Position numbers and translations under genes: made by a program. Under the pieces are notes generated by a model that was given only the letters and a program-made list of their open reading frames with translations, was not told the origin of the DNA and ran no database searches. Positions 11,910 to 22,342 of a stretch of DNA of 64,000 nucleotides are shown piece after piece. The DNA is taken from assembly GCA_965243395.1 (NCBI GenBank), contig CBDEUS010000002.1, forward strand, positions 416,001 to 480,000. Direction: 5' to 3'. Each line of letters opens with the position of its first letter. The stretch's first letter is position 1. The DNA is from Gammaproteobacteria bacterium. Lineage in GTDB: Bacteria; Pseudomonadota; Gammaproteobacteria; UBA4575.

Positions 11910-12443
11910 ATGTCCAAGTTATTAAAATATATTTATACAATCGCAACATGCTTATTATGTGCGGCCACCATTTCTAGCTACTCAGTGTTTGCGGTTTCAG
12001 AATTAAGTCCTAACGATAAAGCAGATTACGTAGTTGTTAAAAAAACTGAGCGCAAGCTCTATCTTTATCGCGGCAGTGAAATTTTAAAAACTTATCGCAT
12101 TGCACTTGGCAAACAACCCGACGGCCATAAGATACGCGAAGGAGATTCACGTACCCCGGAAGGTCGTTACATTCTAGATTGGCGTAATCCAAATAGTAAA
12201 TTTTATCGCTCGATTCATATTTCCTACCCGAGTAGAACTGATTTTCGTGATGCTCGTGAACGTGGTGACTCCCCGGGCGGTGCAATCATGATTCATGGCC
12301 AACCGACTAGCTGGGTAGAAAAAACAAAACTTTTATTTAATCAAGATGATTGGACCGAGGGCTGTATTGCAGTTCAAAACCATGAAATGGATGAGATTTG
12401 GAATGCAGTGGATGATGGAACACCAATTGAGATTATTCCTTGA
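11910..12443 (+). CDS. YkuD-family L,D-transpeptidase/carboxypeptidase
   Basis: EGDSRTPEGRY, IMIHG and WTEGCIAV catalytic His/Cys; signal peptide from ATG 11910. Confidence 0.88.
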   Translation: MSKLLKYIYTIATCLLCAATISSYSVFAVSELSPNDKADYVVVKKTERKLYLYRGSEILKTYRIALGKQPDGHKIREGDSRTPEGRYILDWRNPNSKFYRSIHISYPSRTDFRDARERGDSPGGAIMIHGQPTSWVEKTKLLFNQDDWTEGCIAVQNHEMDEIWNAVDDGTPIEIIP

Positions 12444-12510
12444 ACACATTTAAAAGTTTGATTTGAAATTCACAACCTCAATTTTTTAAATTATCGGACT
12501 CTAACCTGTA

Positions 12511-12552
12511 CGCGTCATCCAAGACGCGACTCTTGTTCGTACATCCCTGTAC
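12511..12552. repeat. REP-like double-hairpin element between convergent genes
   Basis: CGCGTC-ATCCAA-GACGCG and GTACA-TCCC-TGTAC, both centred on a CATCCxxG core; single copy in the window. Confidence 0.4.
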
Positions 12553-12555
12553 TCA

Positions 12556-13284
12556 CTATTTAGCGAAAACTTTTTTAAGTAAATCAGTTGTGCGTGCAAC
12601 CGGGTCGGTGCGTATCTTGGCTTCTTCAACAGCAAGATAGTGAAAGATGCCATCCATGCCTTTTTCAACCACGTAACTACTGAGATCCGATTTTACGTCC
12701 GGTACTAATGGTATTTTTTTGTATTGACCGATTGCGTTGTCATAACTTTGGATCGCTCCAGCTTCTGCAAGGCTGTCGTTTACAATCGGTGTGAATTCTT
12801 TTACTAGGTCAGGCGTCATTTTGGATTGAAAATAACGTGTTGCAGCATCATTTTCTCCAGCAAGTATATTTCGCGCGTCATCTAAAGTCATTGCTTGAAT
12901 CGCATTCATAAATAACTCTTTAGCTTTAGGTGTGGCAATCTCCGCGGCACGATTTAAACGTAATTCTAAATCATCCAGCATGTCGCTCATGCCAACTTTT
13001 TCTAAAGAGGATTGCACTTTTTGCAGGCTATTTGGTAGAGGAATATGAATATTTGGATCTCCATTAAATCCATTGGTAGTACCCAATTGATTCACCACTA
13101 AGTCAGAGCCAACACGTAAAGCTTCTTTTAAGCCAGAAGCAATTTCACCATCGGTTAGATCGCTCGCGGAAGAGCTTACCCCTGAATCTTCTAATAATTC
13201 TTTGGCTTTATCGAACCAGCTTGCTTGTAAAGTTCCAGCTAGCAAAAATATTGAAACTGTAATTGCGGTTACTGTAAATTTCAT
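12556..13284 (-). CDS. DUF4197 family secreted protein
   Basis: Signal peptide; EIASGLKEAL, LNRAAE, AATRYF, EEAKIRTDPVARTTDLLKKVF. Confidence 0.88.
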   Translation of the reverse strand: MKFTVTAITVSIFLLAGTLQASWFDKAKELLEDSGVSSSASDLTDGEIASGLKEALRVGSDLVVNQLGTTNGFNGDPNIHIPLPNSLQKVQSSLEKVGMSDMLDDLELRLNRAAEIATPKAKELFMNAIQAMTLDDARNILAGENDAATRYFQSKMTPDLVKEFTPIVNDSLAEAGAIQSYDNAIGQYKKIPLVPDVKSDLSSYVVEKGMDGIFHYLAVEEAKIRTDPVARTTDLLKKVFAK

Positions 13285-13324
13285 GCGATCACCTAATTGT
13301 TATTATTGTTTTGATGTAACAAAA

Positions 13325-14698
13325 CTATTTTTGTTCAACAAACCCTAAATTTTCTTCCAAATTATGTCTATACCACAGATATATGGATAACAATATAGCA
13401 GGCACACCGAGTAAAGCGGCATAAATAAAAAAGTCTATATAGCCATATGCATCAACTACTTTACCCGAAAATCCGCCTATTAATTTAGGGAAAAACACCA
13501 TCAGAGAACTGAACAACGCATATTGTGTGGCAGTGTAAGCCCGGTTGGTTAAGCCAGATAAATAGGCGATAAAACTAGTACCAGCTATACCTCCGCTTAA
13601 ATTATCTGCGCTGATAACCATGATTAATGGAATTATTTTGGGCTCTTGTGTGGCCAACCACGCAAACACTAAATTAGTTAGCGCTACTAATAATGCTGAA
13701 ATTATTAACATGCGCATTACCCCATAACGCATTACAAGCACACCACCCAGCAGCGCACCAAAAATCGTTACAAACAAACCAAAAGTTTTTGATGCCCACG
13801 CTATTTGGTGCTCGGTGTACTGCATATCGGCATAAAACGGACCGGACATCACCCCCATGGCAATATCACTCATACGAAATACACTAATAAAAGTAAGAAT
13901 GATCAATGCAGCAACTAAGCTATTGCGTGTAAAAAAATCCACAAAAGGACAAACGACTGCTCCTAAGAACCATGCGAAAAGCCTACGAAGCGGGGCTGGT
14001 AAAATTCCGTCGCGCGCTAAAAAACCCACTACACGTTCTTCATTGCGCCAGGTATCTTGCGAAATGTGTTGTTCAGGTTCGGAAATGAGAAGCGTTGTGA
14101 AGACGCCTATCAACATTGCACAACCCATTACGGCATAAGCAATGTTCCAGCTATAGCTACCGGCAATGAAAAAGGCACCTGCGCCCGCCAATAACATACC
14201 TATGCGATAACCGAGTTGATAAGTTCCTGCCATGGCGCCTTGTTTGTTAACCGGAACTGATTCAATACGCCAAGCATCAATACTTATATCCTGAGTTGCA
14301 GAAGAAAATGCAACCAGTAAAGCAAACCACACTAAGAGTTGTAATTGAGAAGTGGGGTGGGTGTTAGCAATAGCTAATAAGCCAACAATCACGCCTATTT
14401 GTGCAAGCATCATCCAACTTCTGCGTTGTCCTAAAAAATTACCAAGCAAAGGTATTCTTAAACGATCAACTAATGGTGCCCACACAAACTTGAATCCATA
14501 TAACAACGCAACCCAAGAAATATAACCAATCGTTGTGCGATCAATACCTTCTTTGCGCAACCAATATGACAAAGTACCAAATACTAATAAGAGTGGAAGG
14601 CCGGCTGAAAAACCTAAAAAAAGCATGGCTAAAACTTTTTTTTCTTTGTAAACGCTTAGCGCTTCTAGCCAGGTAATATTTGTATTTTTAGTGTTCAA
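13325..14698 (-). CDS. ampG: AmpG muropeptide MFS permease
   Basis: LGFSAGLP, KFVWAPLVD, SATQDISIDAWRIE, YTATQYALFSS. Confidence 0.92.
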   Translation of the reverse strand: MNTKNTNITWLEALSVYKEKKVLAMLFLGFSAGLPLLLVFGTLSYWLRKEGIDRTTIGYISWVALLYGFKFVWAPLVDRLRIPLLGNFLGQRRSWMMLAQIGVIVGLLAIANTHPTSQLQLLVWFALLVAFSSATQDISIDAWRIESVPVNKQGAMAGTYQLGYRIGMLLAGAGAFFIAGSYSWNIAYAVMGCAMLIGVFTTLLISEPEQHISQDTWRNEERVVGFLARDGILPAPLRRLFAWFLGAVVCPFVDFFTRNSLVAALIILTFISVFRMSDIAMGVMSGPFYADMQYTEHQIAWASKTFGLFVTIFGALLGGVLVMRYGVMRMLIISALLVALTNLVFAWLATQEPKIIPLIMVISADNLSGGIAGTSFIAYLSGLTNRAYTATQYALFSSLMVFFPKLIGGFSGKVVDAYGYIDFFIYAALLGVPAILLSIYLWYRHNLEENLGFVEQK

Positions 14699-15471
14699 AC
14701 TTTTAAATCATAGTCAATTAACAATGGAGCATGATCAGAAAAGCGTTCGGTTTTATAGATACTAGACTTTTTTGCGGTATTGTTTAGTTTTGGTGAAGCT
14801 ATGTGGTAATCAATACGCCACCCCACATTTTTTGCCCAGGCTTGTCCGCGATTAGACCACCATGTGTATTGATCTTCTTGTTGATTAAGTTCACGGAACA
14901 CATCGATATACCCGACTTCATCAAACAATGTATCCAACCATGCACGTTCTTCCGGCAGAAATCCGGAATTCTTCTGATTACCGCGCCAATTTTTTAAATC
15001 GATTTCTTTGTGGGCAATATTCCAATCTCCACATAGGATGTAATTCTTACGGCGGCGCTTTAGATTTTTCAAATGTTGCATGAAAGAATCCATGAAGCGA
15101 AATTTAGCTTGTTGGCGCTCTTCGCTAGAAGATCCTGAAGGAGCATATAATGAGACCACTGCAAGCTTATCGAATTGCAACTCTAAGTAACGACCCTCAT
15201 CATCAAATTCTCGATCGCCGTAACTACGAACGACTTTTTGAGGCGCATGTTTACTATACACTGCAACGCCGCTATAGCCTTTTTTAATTGCATCTACATA
15301 ATAGCAATGATAACCCTTAGGGAAATAAACCGGATCTTCTTCCAACTGGTGTATTTGGGCTTTGGTTTCCTGAACACATACTACGTCAGCTTTTTGTTTT
15401 TTTAACCAATCAAAAAACCCTTTACGCGCAGCCGCACGAATACCGTTAACATTAATCGTTATGATGCGCAT
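14695..15471 (-). CDS. Exodeoxyribonuclease III / Crc-like EEP-family protein
   Basis: NVNGIRAA, VQETK, GDWNIAH, SGFLPEERAW, GWRIDY, FSDHAP; divergent from pyrE. Confidence 0.88.
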   Translation of the reverse strand: MRIITINVNGIRAAARKGFFDWLKKQKADVVCVQETKAQIHQLEEDPVYFPKGYHCYYVDAIKKGYSGVAVYSKHAPQKVVRSYGDREFDDEGRYLELQFDKLAVVSLYAPSGSSSEERQQAKFRFMDSFMQHLKNLKRRRKNYILCGDWNIAHKEIDLKNWRGNQKNSGFLPEERAWLDTLFDEVGYIDVFRELNQQEDQYTWWSNRGQAWAKNVGWRIDYHIASPKLNNTAKKSSIYKTERFSDHAPLLIDYDLKV

Positions 15472-15544
15472 AGATGAAAACTGATTGGTCCAATTGCAGC
15501 TGGTTTTAGTACACTAGCAAAGATCAAATAAGAAAAGTATCTAT

Positions 15545-16198
15545 ATGAAAAATAGTTCTAAATTTATTCAATTTGCCATCCAGCAAGGTGTTTTACAATT
15601 TGGCGAGTTCACTCTTAAATCTGGAAGGATAAGCCCTTACTTCTTTAATGCTGGCTTATTTAACGACGGTCAAGCATTGGATCAATTAAGTCAATTTTAC
15701 GCACAAGCCATCGTAGACTCAGAAATAAAATTCGATATGTTATTTGGTCCAGCTTATAAAGGCATTCCATTAGTGACTGCGGTTTCGATGACTTTAGCAC
15801 GAGAGCACGGACGAAGTTATCCTTATGCATTTAATCGCAAAGAGAAAAAAACTTATGGAGATGGTGGACAGATTGTAGGGGCCCCTCTAGCAGGTAGAGT
15901 TTTGATCATTGATGATGTGATTACTGCCGGTACCGCAATAAATGAAGCGACTGAGATCATTTCGAATCTAGATTCAAATGCGCAAGCTGTGGGTGTCATT
16001 ATTGCTTTTGATCGACAAGAAACGGGTCAGGACCATTCATTGTCGGCCGTACAGCAAGTGGAGCAGGATCTAAAGCTAAGCGTCGTAGCGGTGGCTCAAG
16101 TCAATGAACTTGTTGAATATGCAGAATCTAATCACTTATATGATGAGCATTTACCTGCATTGAAGAAATATCTGGATCAATACCAGATAAAACCATAA
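15545..16198 (+). CDS. pyrE: Orotate phosphoribosyltransferase
   Basis: FTLKSGRISPYFFNAG, FGPAYKGIP, IIDDVITAGT. Confidence 0.97.
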   Translation: MKNSSKFIQFAIQQGVLQFGEFTLKSGRISPYFFNAGLFNDGQALDQLSQFYAQAIVDSEIKFDMLFGPAYKGIPLVTAVSMTLAREHGRSYPYAFNRKEKKTYGDGGQIVGAPLAGRVLIIDDVITAGTAINEATEIISNLDSNAQAVGVIIAFDRQETGQDHSLSAVQQVEQDLKLSVVAVAQVNELVEYAESNHLYDEHLPALKKYLDQYQIKP

Positions 16199-16381
16199 AA
16201 ATACTAAGGTTATAGTTATGATCAAATCCCTATACTTTAAGCCAAATTTTTATGACGAGTGAGCAAAGTTTAGCGATCAAACTAGTGTTTGTCGCTCAAC
16301 CTAAAATACAAATAATAGTAAAATTTCCAGTAATGAAGCATTAACCAGGTTGGTTTAATCAAAAATATACTCAAAGTTTAT

Positions 16382-17014
16382 ATGCGACAAACTAAGAAAT
16401 TCATAGCTTTATTATTTTTCTCAATTCTAATGACGGCTGGTGTCGCAAATGCCGAGTTTTATCGCTGGGTAGATGATGAAGGCACAATTCATTACAGCGA
16501 TAAGCTCCCTCCAAGTAAATCACAACGCGCACAGGATGTGCTCAATGATCATGGACGAGTAGTAAAAAATATACCGGCCCCAAAAACCGTGGGTGAAATA
16601 GAAGCAGAGCAACGTCTTGCAAAACAAGAGGAAGAGAAGCGTAAAAAAGTTGAAGAGGCGGAACGTCGAGACCAAGTACTCATGGCAATGTACTTATCGG
16701 TTGAGGATATTGAATTAGTACGCGATGAAAGAATTGAAACTGTAGATTCTGCAATTCGAATTACAAATTTACGTAAAGAAAAATTTAACAAAAAGCTAAC
16801 TGATTTAGATGTCTCTGAACAGCGTTTCAAGGCAAATGGACAAGATGCACCACCATGGTTAATTAAAAGCCGAAAGCATTATCAAGAACAGCTTGCTAAT
16901 GTTGAAGATATCCTAGCCATTAAAGAAAAAGAAAAACTAAAAATTAAAAAACGTTTTGCAGGCGATATAAATCGTTATATCGAGTTAAAAGATCCAGAGT
17001 TAGCTGCTCAGTAA
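16382..17014 (+). CDS. DUF4124-domain secreted coiled-coil protein
   Basis: Signal peptide, then [19 protein letters not shown]; charged coiled coil. Confidence 0.8.
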   Translation: MRQTKKFIALLFFSILMTAGVANAEFYRWVDDEGTIHYSDKLPPSKSQRAQDVLNDHGRVVKNIPAPKTVGEIEAEQRLAKQEEEKRKKVEEAERRDQVLMAMYLSVEDIELVRDERIETVDSAIRITNLRKEKFNKKLTDLDVSEQRFKANGQDAPPWLIKSRKHYQEQLANVEDILAIKEKEKLKIKKRFAGDINRYIELKDPELAAQ

Positions 17015-17860
17015 AGTCCCTACACCACGGTCTGTAAGTAATTCCAATAAGACGGCATGTTGTACACGTCCGTCAATAATATGCGCAGTGTTGACCCCAG
17101 AGGAAATTGCATCCCATGCACATCTTACTTTAGGTAACATTCCGCCCTTGATAATATTCCCAGCAATTAATTCTTGTATTTCTTCATAATTAAGCCCGGT
17201 TAAAAGCTCACCATTTTTTTGAACACCAGGAGTATTGGTAAGCAAGATTAATTTCTCTGCTTTGAGTTCCATGGCAATATTGCCCGCCACGATGTCAGCA
17301 TTAATATTCAATGATTCGTTATTTTCTCCCAAGCCAATGGGTGCGATAACAGGTATTAATTGGTGATAATGTAGCTGCGTTATTGCACTAGTATTGACAT
17401 TTTTTATTTCACCCACATGACCTAAATCTGCTGATGTGTTTTTAAGCTTCATACGCCTAGCTTGTATTAATCCATCTGCTTTACCTGTAATTCCTTTTGC
17501 TCTACCACCATGTTGACTAATAAGTTCTACAATTTCCTTGTTTACAACTCCATATAAAACATCTTCAACAATGCGCATGGTCTCATCGTCAGTCACGCGC
17601 ATGCCTTCGATAAACTCACTTGGTTTGCCATGATTTTCCAAGGTCTGGCCTATCTGTGGCCCACCACCATGTACAATGATAGGGAACATGCCTACTTGTT
17701 TGAGGAGCACCATGTCGCGTGCAAAACTACTTTTTAATTCTTCATCCACCATAGCGTTGCCGCCATATTTAATGACGATAGTTTTACCAGAGAATCTTTG
17801 TATATAAGGCAGGGCCTCTGTTAACACTCTTGCAATAGTTTCAGCGGTACTTTGCTGCAT
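17000..17860 (-). CDS. argB: Acetylglutamate kinase
   Basis: [29 protein letters not shown]. Confidence 0.97.
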   Translation of the reverse strand: MQQSTAETIARVLTEALPYIQRFSGKTIVIKYGGNAMVDEELKSSFARDMVLLKQVGMFPIIVHGGGPQIGQTLENHGKPSEFIEGMRVTDDETMRIVEDVLYGVVNKEIVELISQHGGRAKGITGKADGLIQARRMKLKNTSADLGHVGEIKNVNTSAITQLHYHQLIPVIAPIGLGENNESLNINADIVAGNIAMELKAEKLILLTNTPGVQKNGELLTGLNYEEIQELIAGNIIKGGMLPKVRCAWDAISSGVNTAHIIDGRVQHAVLLELLTDRGVGTLLSS

Positions 17861-17887
17861 GAGGAATAACTGCGTAAGAAAAATTAA

Positions 17888-19258
17888 TTAAAATGGCAAT
17901 TGAAGACTAGAGTCTATATTAGTCATTTGTGCACGAAAGTCATTTTTAATGTTTTCTATAATATTTTCATCATCGGCTTCAAAACGAATTACCAAAGAAG
18001 GTGTTGTATTAGAAGCGCGCACCAGACCCCAACCATTTTTATAATCAGCACGAATTCCATCTATAGTGGTAATTTTTGCATCTGGTAAGTCGACAGAGTT
18101 TGCAAATTTTTTCATGAAACTGTGTTGAGCACCGTCTTTATCAAAATTTATATTGATTTCTGGTGTACTTAATGAATTCGGTAAAGTAGCAAATAACTCA
18201 CTACTGGATAAATCTTGGTTAGAAATAATTTCTAAAAGACGTGCGGCACTATAAAGCGCATCATCAAAACCATACCACCTTTCTTTAAAGAAGATATGGC
18301 CACTCATTTCACCTGCCAATTCAGCGCCTGTTTCATGCATTTTGTTTTTAATAAAAGAATGTCCGGTTTTCCACATAATAGCCTCTCCACCGGCTTCCTC
18401 AATTACAGTGGCTAAGTTGCGCGATGATTTCACATCAAAAATAATTTTTGCCCCGGGCTTTCTCGATAACACATCGCGAGCGTAAAGCATCATTTGCCGG
18501 TCTGCCCACAATACTTCTCCTTTATTGTCAATGACTCCAACACGATCTCCATCACCGTCAAAGGCCAAGCCAAGATCTAAATTATTTTCCATAACGCAGC
18601 TTATTAAATCTTCTAAGTTTTTGGGGTCACTGGGATTAGGGTGATGGTTCGGAAAGCTTCCATCTACATCACAATATAGATCATAAATTTCACAACCCAA
18701 ACTTTTAAATAAAGTCAAAGCAGACGGCCCTGCAACACCATTGCCGCAATCAATACCAATTCGCAGAGTTCGAGAAAGTTTAATGTCTTCACAAATTGTT
18801 GTGATGTAATCTTCTAATAGCTGATGTTTTTCAATTGAACCTGCATCATGTTTCAATTGCTTAGCAATAATGCATTGGTAAATTGCCTGGATATCGTCAC
18901 CGTGCAGGGTTTTGTTATCCATTACCATCTTAAGTCCGTTATATTCCGGCGGGTTATGGCTGCCAGTAACCATCACACCTGCGCCTGTATTGAGTTTATG
19001 CGTGGCATAGTACAAAACAGGTGTAGGTACTTCGCCAATATCAATTACTTTGCAACCGCTGGTTTGCAAGCCCTGGCTTAAATGCTGCGCTAATAGCGGG
19101 CTTGAATCTCGACCATCTCTACCAACAACTACAGTTCTACTATTTGGATATAAACTGCCCAGGGCATGACCTACTAACTCGGCTACTTCTGGAGTTAGAG
19201 CAGTTTCTACTACGCCGCGAATGTCGTAGGCACGGAATATATTTGCGTCTATGTTCAT
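17888..19258 (-). CDS. algC: Phosphomannomutase/phosphoglucomutase
   Basis: FRAYDIRG, TGSHNP, FDGDGDR, GEMSGH, RASNT. Confidence 0.93.
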   Translation of the reverse strand: MNIDANIFRAYDIRGVVETALTPEVAELVGHALGSLYPNSRTVVVGRDGRDSSPLLAQHLSQGLQTSGCKVIDIGEVPTPVLYYATHKLNTGAGVMVTGSHNPPEYNGLKMVMDNKTLHGDDIQAIYQCIIAKQLKHDAGSIEKHQLLEDYITTICEDIKLSRTLRIGIDCGNGVAGPSALTLFKSLGCEIYDLYCDVDGSFPNHHPNPSDPKNLEDLISCVMENNLDLGLAFDGDGDRVGVIDNKGEVLWADRQMMLYARDVLSRKPGAKIIFDVKSSRNLATVIEEAGGEAIMWKTGHSFIKNKMHETGAELAGEMSGHIFFKERWYGFDDALYSAARLLEIISNQDLSSSELFATLPNSLSTPEININFDKDGAQHSFMKKFANSVDLPDAKITTIDGIRADYKNGWGLVRASNTTPSLVIRFEADDENIIENIKNDFRAQMTNIDSSLQLPF

Positions 19259-19302
19259 TGAAATTTATAGGAAAGTGGTTAATGGTTTTAGGATAACAAT
19301 TA

Positions 19303-19776
19303 TCAACCAGTACCAGTGTGACCAAAGCCTCCTTCACCTCGATCCGATGCAGTGAATTCTTCTACAATTTCAAATTCCGTTTGCACAATGGGTACGATTA
19401 CAAGCTGTGCAATCCGGTCACCAACATTGACTTCAAAATTTTCTGATCCGCGATTCCATAACGAAACCATTAACGGGCCTTGATAATCTGAATCAATCAA
19501 TCCGACAAGATTACCCAGCACGATACCGTGTTTATGCCCTAAACCCGAGCGCGGCAAAATGGTCGCTGCAAGTCCAGGGTCTTCAATATAAATAGAAATT
19601 CCAGTAGGGATTAAAAGCGTTTCACCAGGTTTAATTTGTACAGTTGTATCAATACAGGCACGCAGGTCCATACCTGCTGACCCCGCAGTTGCATATGTGG
19701 GTAAGGGAATTTCTTTGCCGATACGGCTATCGAGTATTTTGATTTCGGTCTTTTGCGTTTTTAAGGATTGTGACAT
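19303..19776 (-). CDS. dut: dUTP diphosphatase
   Basis: [36 protein letters not shown]. Start placed at ATG 19776, overlapping the end of coaBC. Confidence 0.95.
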   Translation of the reverse strand: MSQSLKTQKTEIKILDSRIGKEIPLPTYATAGSAGMDLRACIDTTVQIKPGETLLIPTGISIYIEDPGLAATILPRSGLGHKHGIVLGNLVGLIDSDYQGPLMVSLWNRGSENFEVNVGDRIAQLVIVPIVQTEFEIVEEFTASDRGEGGFGHTGTG

Positions 19777-20986
19777 TGCTTCTTTTATGTGTGTTTGCGT
19801 AACGTTGTGCAATTAAGCTGATGAGCCTCCTTGCGATCTTTGTTTTTGTATCACGCTCTAATGAGCAATGTCCACCGGGCCAGTACACTTCTAACGCATT
19901 TTCTTCATTATCAAAGCCAATTTCGTTTTCTGAAACATCGTTTCCTGCAATCATATTCAATCGCTTTCGTTCTAATTTTTGTAAAGCAAATTTTTCGAGC
20001 TCACGAGTTTCTGCAGCAAAGCCAACAACAAAAGGTTTATTTGATTGTTTTGCCACTTCGGTAATGATATCTGGGTTGCGTACTAGCGCTACTGATAAGT
20101 CATCATGTAATTTTTTAATTTTATCAGGTTGCTTCGCTACAGGCCGATAATCAGCTACAGCAGCGCAGCTGATAAAAATTTGTTGAGTTTTTATATTTGC
20201 TTGTACCGCATCAAACATATCTTGTGCTGTTTTAACCGATACGAATTCAATTCCTTCAGGTTGTGCTAGGACTACCGGACCGGAGATTAAATGCACAGTC
20301 GCTCCTGCATCATAAGCAGCTTCAGCGATGGCGTAACCCATACGCCCGGAGCTACGATTACTAATGTAACGCACGGGATCAATGGGTTCCTGAGTAGGGC
20401 CCGCAGTCACCATAACATTTACATCTGTGAGTTCCCCAGTATTAAATAAATTACTTAATGAAAGTAACAACTGATGCGGTTCAAACATTCGACCTTCGCC
20501 ATTATCACCACAAGCTTGCTGTCCTGTAGCGGGACCAAAAAATAAAAAGCCACGCTTTTCAAGTATGTCCACGTTATCCTGTGTAGCACTATTCGACCAC
20601 ATGGCTTGATTCATCGCTGGCGCCAGGGCGATAGGCGCTTGGGATGCCAAACAAGTTGTACTGAGCAAGTCATCAGCACCACCATGGGTGAGCTTAGCTA
20701 TTGTGTTGGCACTGGCAGGGGCAATTAAAATTGCGTCTGCCCAGCGAGCCAATGCAATATGATCCATACCATTATTGGCTTCTGTTTGTTCAAATTCGTC
20801 CGATAGTACAGTGTTATCAGATAATGCTTGGAAAGTTAGTGGAGTGACGAACTTTTTAGCCGAATGAGTCATCACAACACGTACTTTGGCATGTGCACGC
20901 ACTAATTCGCGTACTAATTCCGCACTCTTATATGCAGCGATCCCGCCGCTAACTCCAAGTAAAATATTTTTATTTGCTAATGACAT
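19727..20986 (-). CDS. coaBC: Phosphopantothenoylcysteine decarboxylase/synthetase
   Basis: [46 protein letters not shown]. Confidence 0.97.
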   Translation of the reverse strand: MSLANKNILLGVSGGIAAYKSAELVRELVRAHAKVRVVMTHSAKKFVTPLTFQALSDNTVLSDEFEQTEANNGMDHIALARWADAILIAPASANTIAKLTHGGADDLLSTTCLASQAPIALAPAMNQAMWSNSATQDNVDILEKRGFLFFGPATGQQACGDNGEGRMFEPHQLLLSLSNLFNTGELTDVNVMVTAGPTQEPIDPVRYISNRSSGRMGYAIAEAAYDAGATVHLISGPVVLAQPEGIEFVSVKTAQDMFDAVQANIKTQQIFISCAAVADYRPVAKQPDKIKKLHDDLSVALVRNPDIITEVAKQSNKPFVVGFAAETRELEKFALQKLERKRLNMIAGNDVSENEIGFDNEENALEVYWPGGHCSLERDTKTKIARRLISLIAQRYANTHKRSNVTILKNAKDRNQNTR

Positions 20987-21081
20987 AGTAATTAGTCTAT
21001 CAAAGATAGCTAAGATAATGGTTTAATTCTAACTACATTCTACCAAGCGCTTAGGCCCATTGGTCTAAATCTTTTAATAAA

Positions 21082-21094
21082 TATCAAGGACTTA
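21082..21094. promoter_or_regulatory. IHF consensus site in the coaBC/radC divergent spacer
   Basis: TATCAAGGACTTA matches WATCAA-N4-TTR. Confidence 0.4.
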
Positions 21095-21122
21095 TAAAAA
21101 GCCAATTACAGGGGGGACTAAA

Positions 21123-21794
21123 ATGGCAATTTCTGATTGGCCTGAGGGGGAAAGGCCACGCGAACGTTTATTACGACACGGCGCAAAAGCACTTTCGGAT
21201 GCGGAACTGTTAGCGATTTTTTTGCGCACAGGCGTTAGAGGAAAATCAGCGGTCGATTTAGCCCGTGATCTTCTAAATGAATTTAAGGGCTTAAGGAGAT
21301 TACTGTGCGCAGATCAAAAAAGATTCTGTGACGCTAAGGGTTTAGGTCAGGCGAAATTTGTGCAATTACAAGCAAGCCTTGAAATATCACGCAGGTTTTT
21401 ACTCGAATCCATCGAAAAAGAAGGTCCTTTGTCTAACCCTAATGATGCTAAACAGTTTTTATTAATGAAAATGCGTGATTATGAAAAAGAAGTGTTCGCT
21501 TGTTTATTTTTAGATACAAAAAATCGTGTAATTGCATTTGAAAATTTATTTGTAGGAAGTCTACACAGCGCAGAAGTGCATCCAAGAGAGGTAGTTAAGC
21601 AAGCTGTTCAACATAATGCACATGCAATTATTCTTGCTCATAATCATCCATCGGGAGACGCAACACCAAGCCAATCAGATATTGATATCACACATACACT
21701 TTGTGACGCTCTTGCATTGATAGAAATAAAAGTGCTGGATCATTTAATTATAGGCAACGAAGTAACGTCCCTTGCGGAACTTGGCTATCTCTGA
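21123..21794 (+). CDS. radC: RadC/YicR JAB-domain protein
   Basis: ERPRERL, LSDAELLAI, VHPREV, HNHPSG, LDHLII. Confidence 0.95.
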   Translation: MAISDWPEGERPRERLLRHGAKALSDAELLAIFLRTGVRGKSAVDLARDLLNEFKGLRRLLCADQKRFCDAKGLGQAKFVQLQASLEISRRFLLESIEKEGPLSNPNDAKQFLLMKMRDYEKEVFACLFLDTKNRVIAFENLFVGSLHSAEVHPREVVKQAVQHNAHAIILAHNHPSGDATPSQSDIDITHTLCDALALIEIKVLDHLIIGNEVTSLAELGYL

Positions 21795-21807
21795 ATAATT
21801 AAGGTAT

Positions 21808-21840
21808 AAAAAAACCCGCACAAACACTGTGCGGGTTTTT
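21808..21840. terminator. Bidirectional rho-independent terminator (radC/mscL)
   Basis: AAAAAAACCCGCACA-AACAC-TGTGCGGGTTTTT. Confidence 0.9.
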
Positions 21841-21859
21841 ATAAAGACTTAAATAAAAT

Positions 21860-22240
21860 TTATTTTTTTAGACTATCGCGTATTTCACGTAGCAAAACCA
21901 CATCTTCAGGTGGAGCAGCGGGTTTTTCTTCTTCTTTTTTCTTCATGCTATTCATTGCTTTGATGATTAAGAAAATTACAAAAGAAATAATTAAGAAATT
22001 AATCAATGCCTGAATAAAAGCACCATAACCAAAAATTGCAGCTGCTTCTCCTTCGCCAAGAGGAATGCCCAGGCCAGAGAAATCTACACCGCCTGTAAAT
22101 AAACCGATTATTGGCATAAGTATGTCGTCAACGAGAGAACCAACCACTGCAGAAATCGCGGCACCAATGATGATACCGGTAGCCATATCCATCATGTTGC
22201 CCTTCATGACGAATTCTTTAAATTCACTTACCATTCCCAT
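21860..22240 (-). CDS. mscL: Large-conductance mechanosensitive channel
   Basis: [36 protein letters not shown]; start at ATG 22240. Confidence 0.96.
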   Translation of the reverse strand: MGMVSEFKEFVMKGNMMDMATGIIIGAAISAVVGSLVDDILMPIIGLFTGGVDFSGLGIPLGEGEAAAIFGYGAFIQALINFLIISFVIFLIIKAMNSMKKKEEEKPAAPPEDVVLLREIRDSLKK

Positions 22241-22342
22241 GAGTTTCCTCCCAATATTATTATCATTATTTGAGCGGTAAGAACTGTAATCATCAATACT
22301 TGAAAAAGCAAGCAAAGTCCTAAGTACACTATCTTCTTGATT

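Noticed and set aside
16269-16360. Imperfect hairpins between pyrE and the DUF4124 gene
   Set aside because: Short, with no U tract, no second copy and no recognisable RNA family.
19740-19812. dut appears to have ACG where homologues start, suggesting a non-canonical start
   Set aside because: An in-frame ATG at 19776 with a purine-rich upstream sequence explains initiation.
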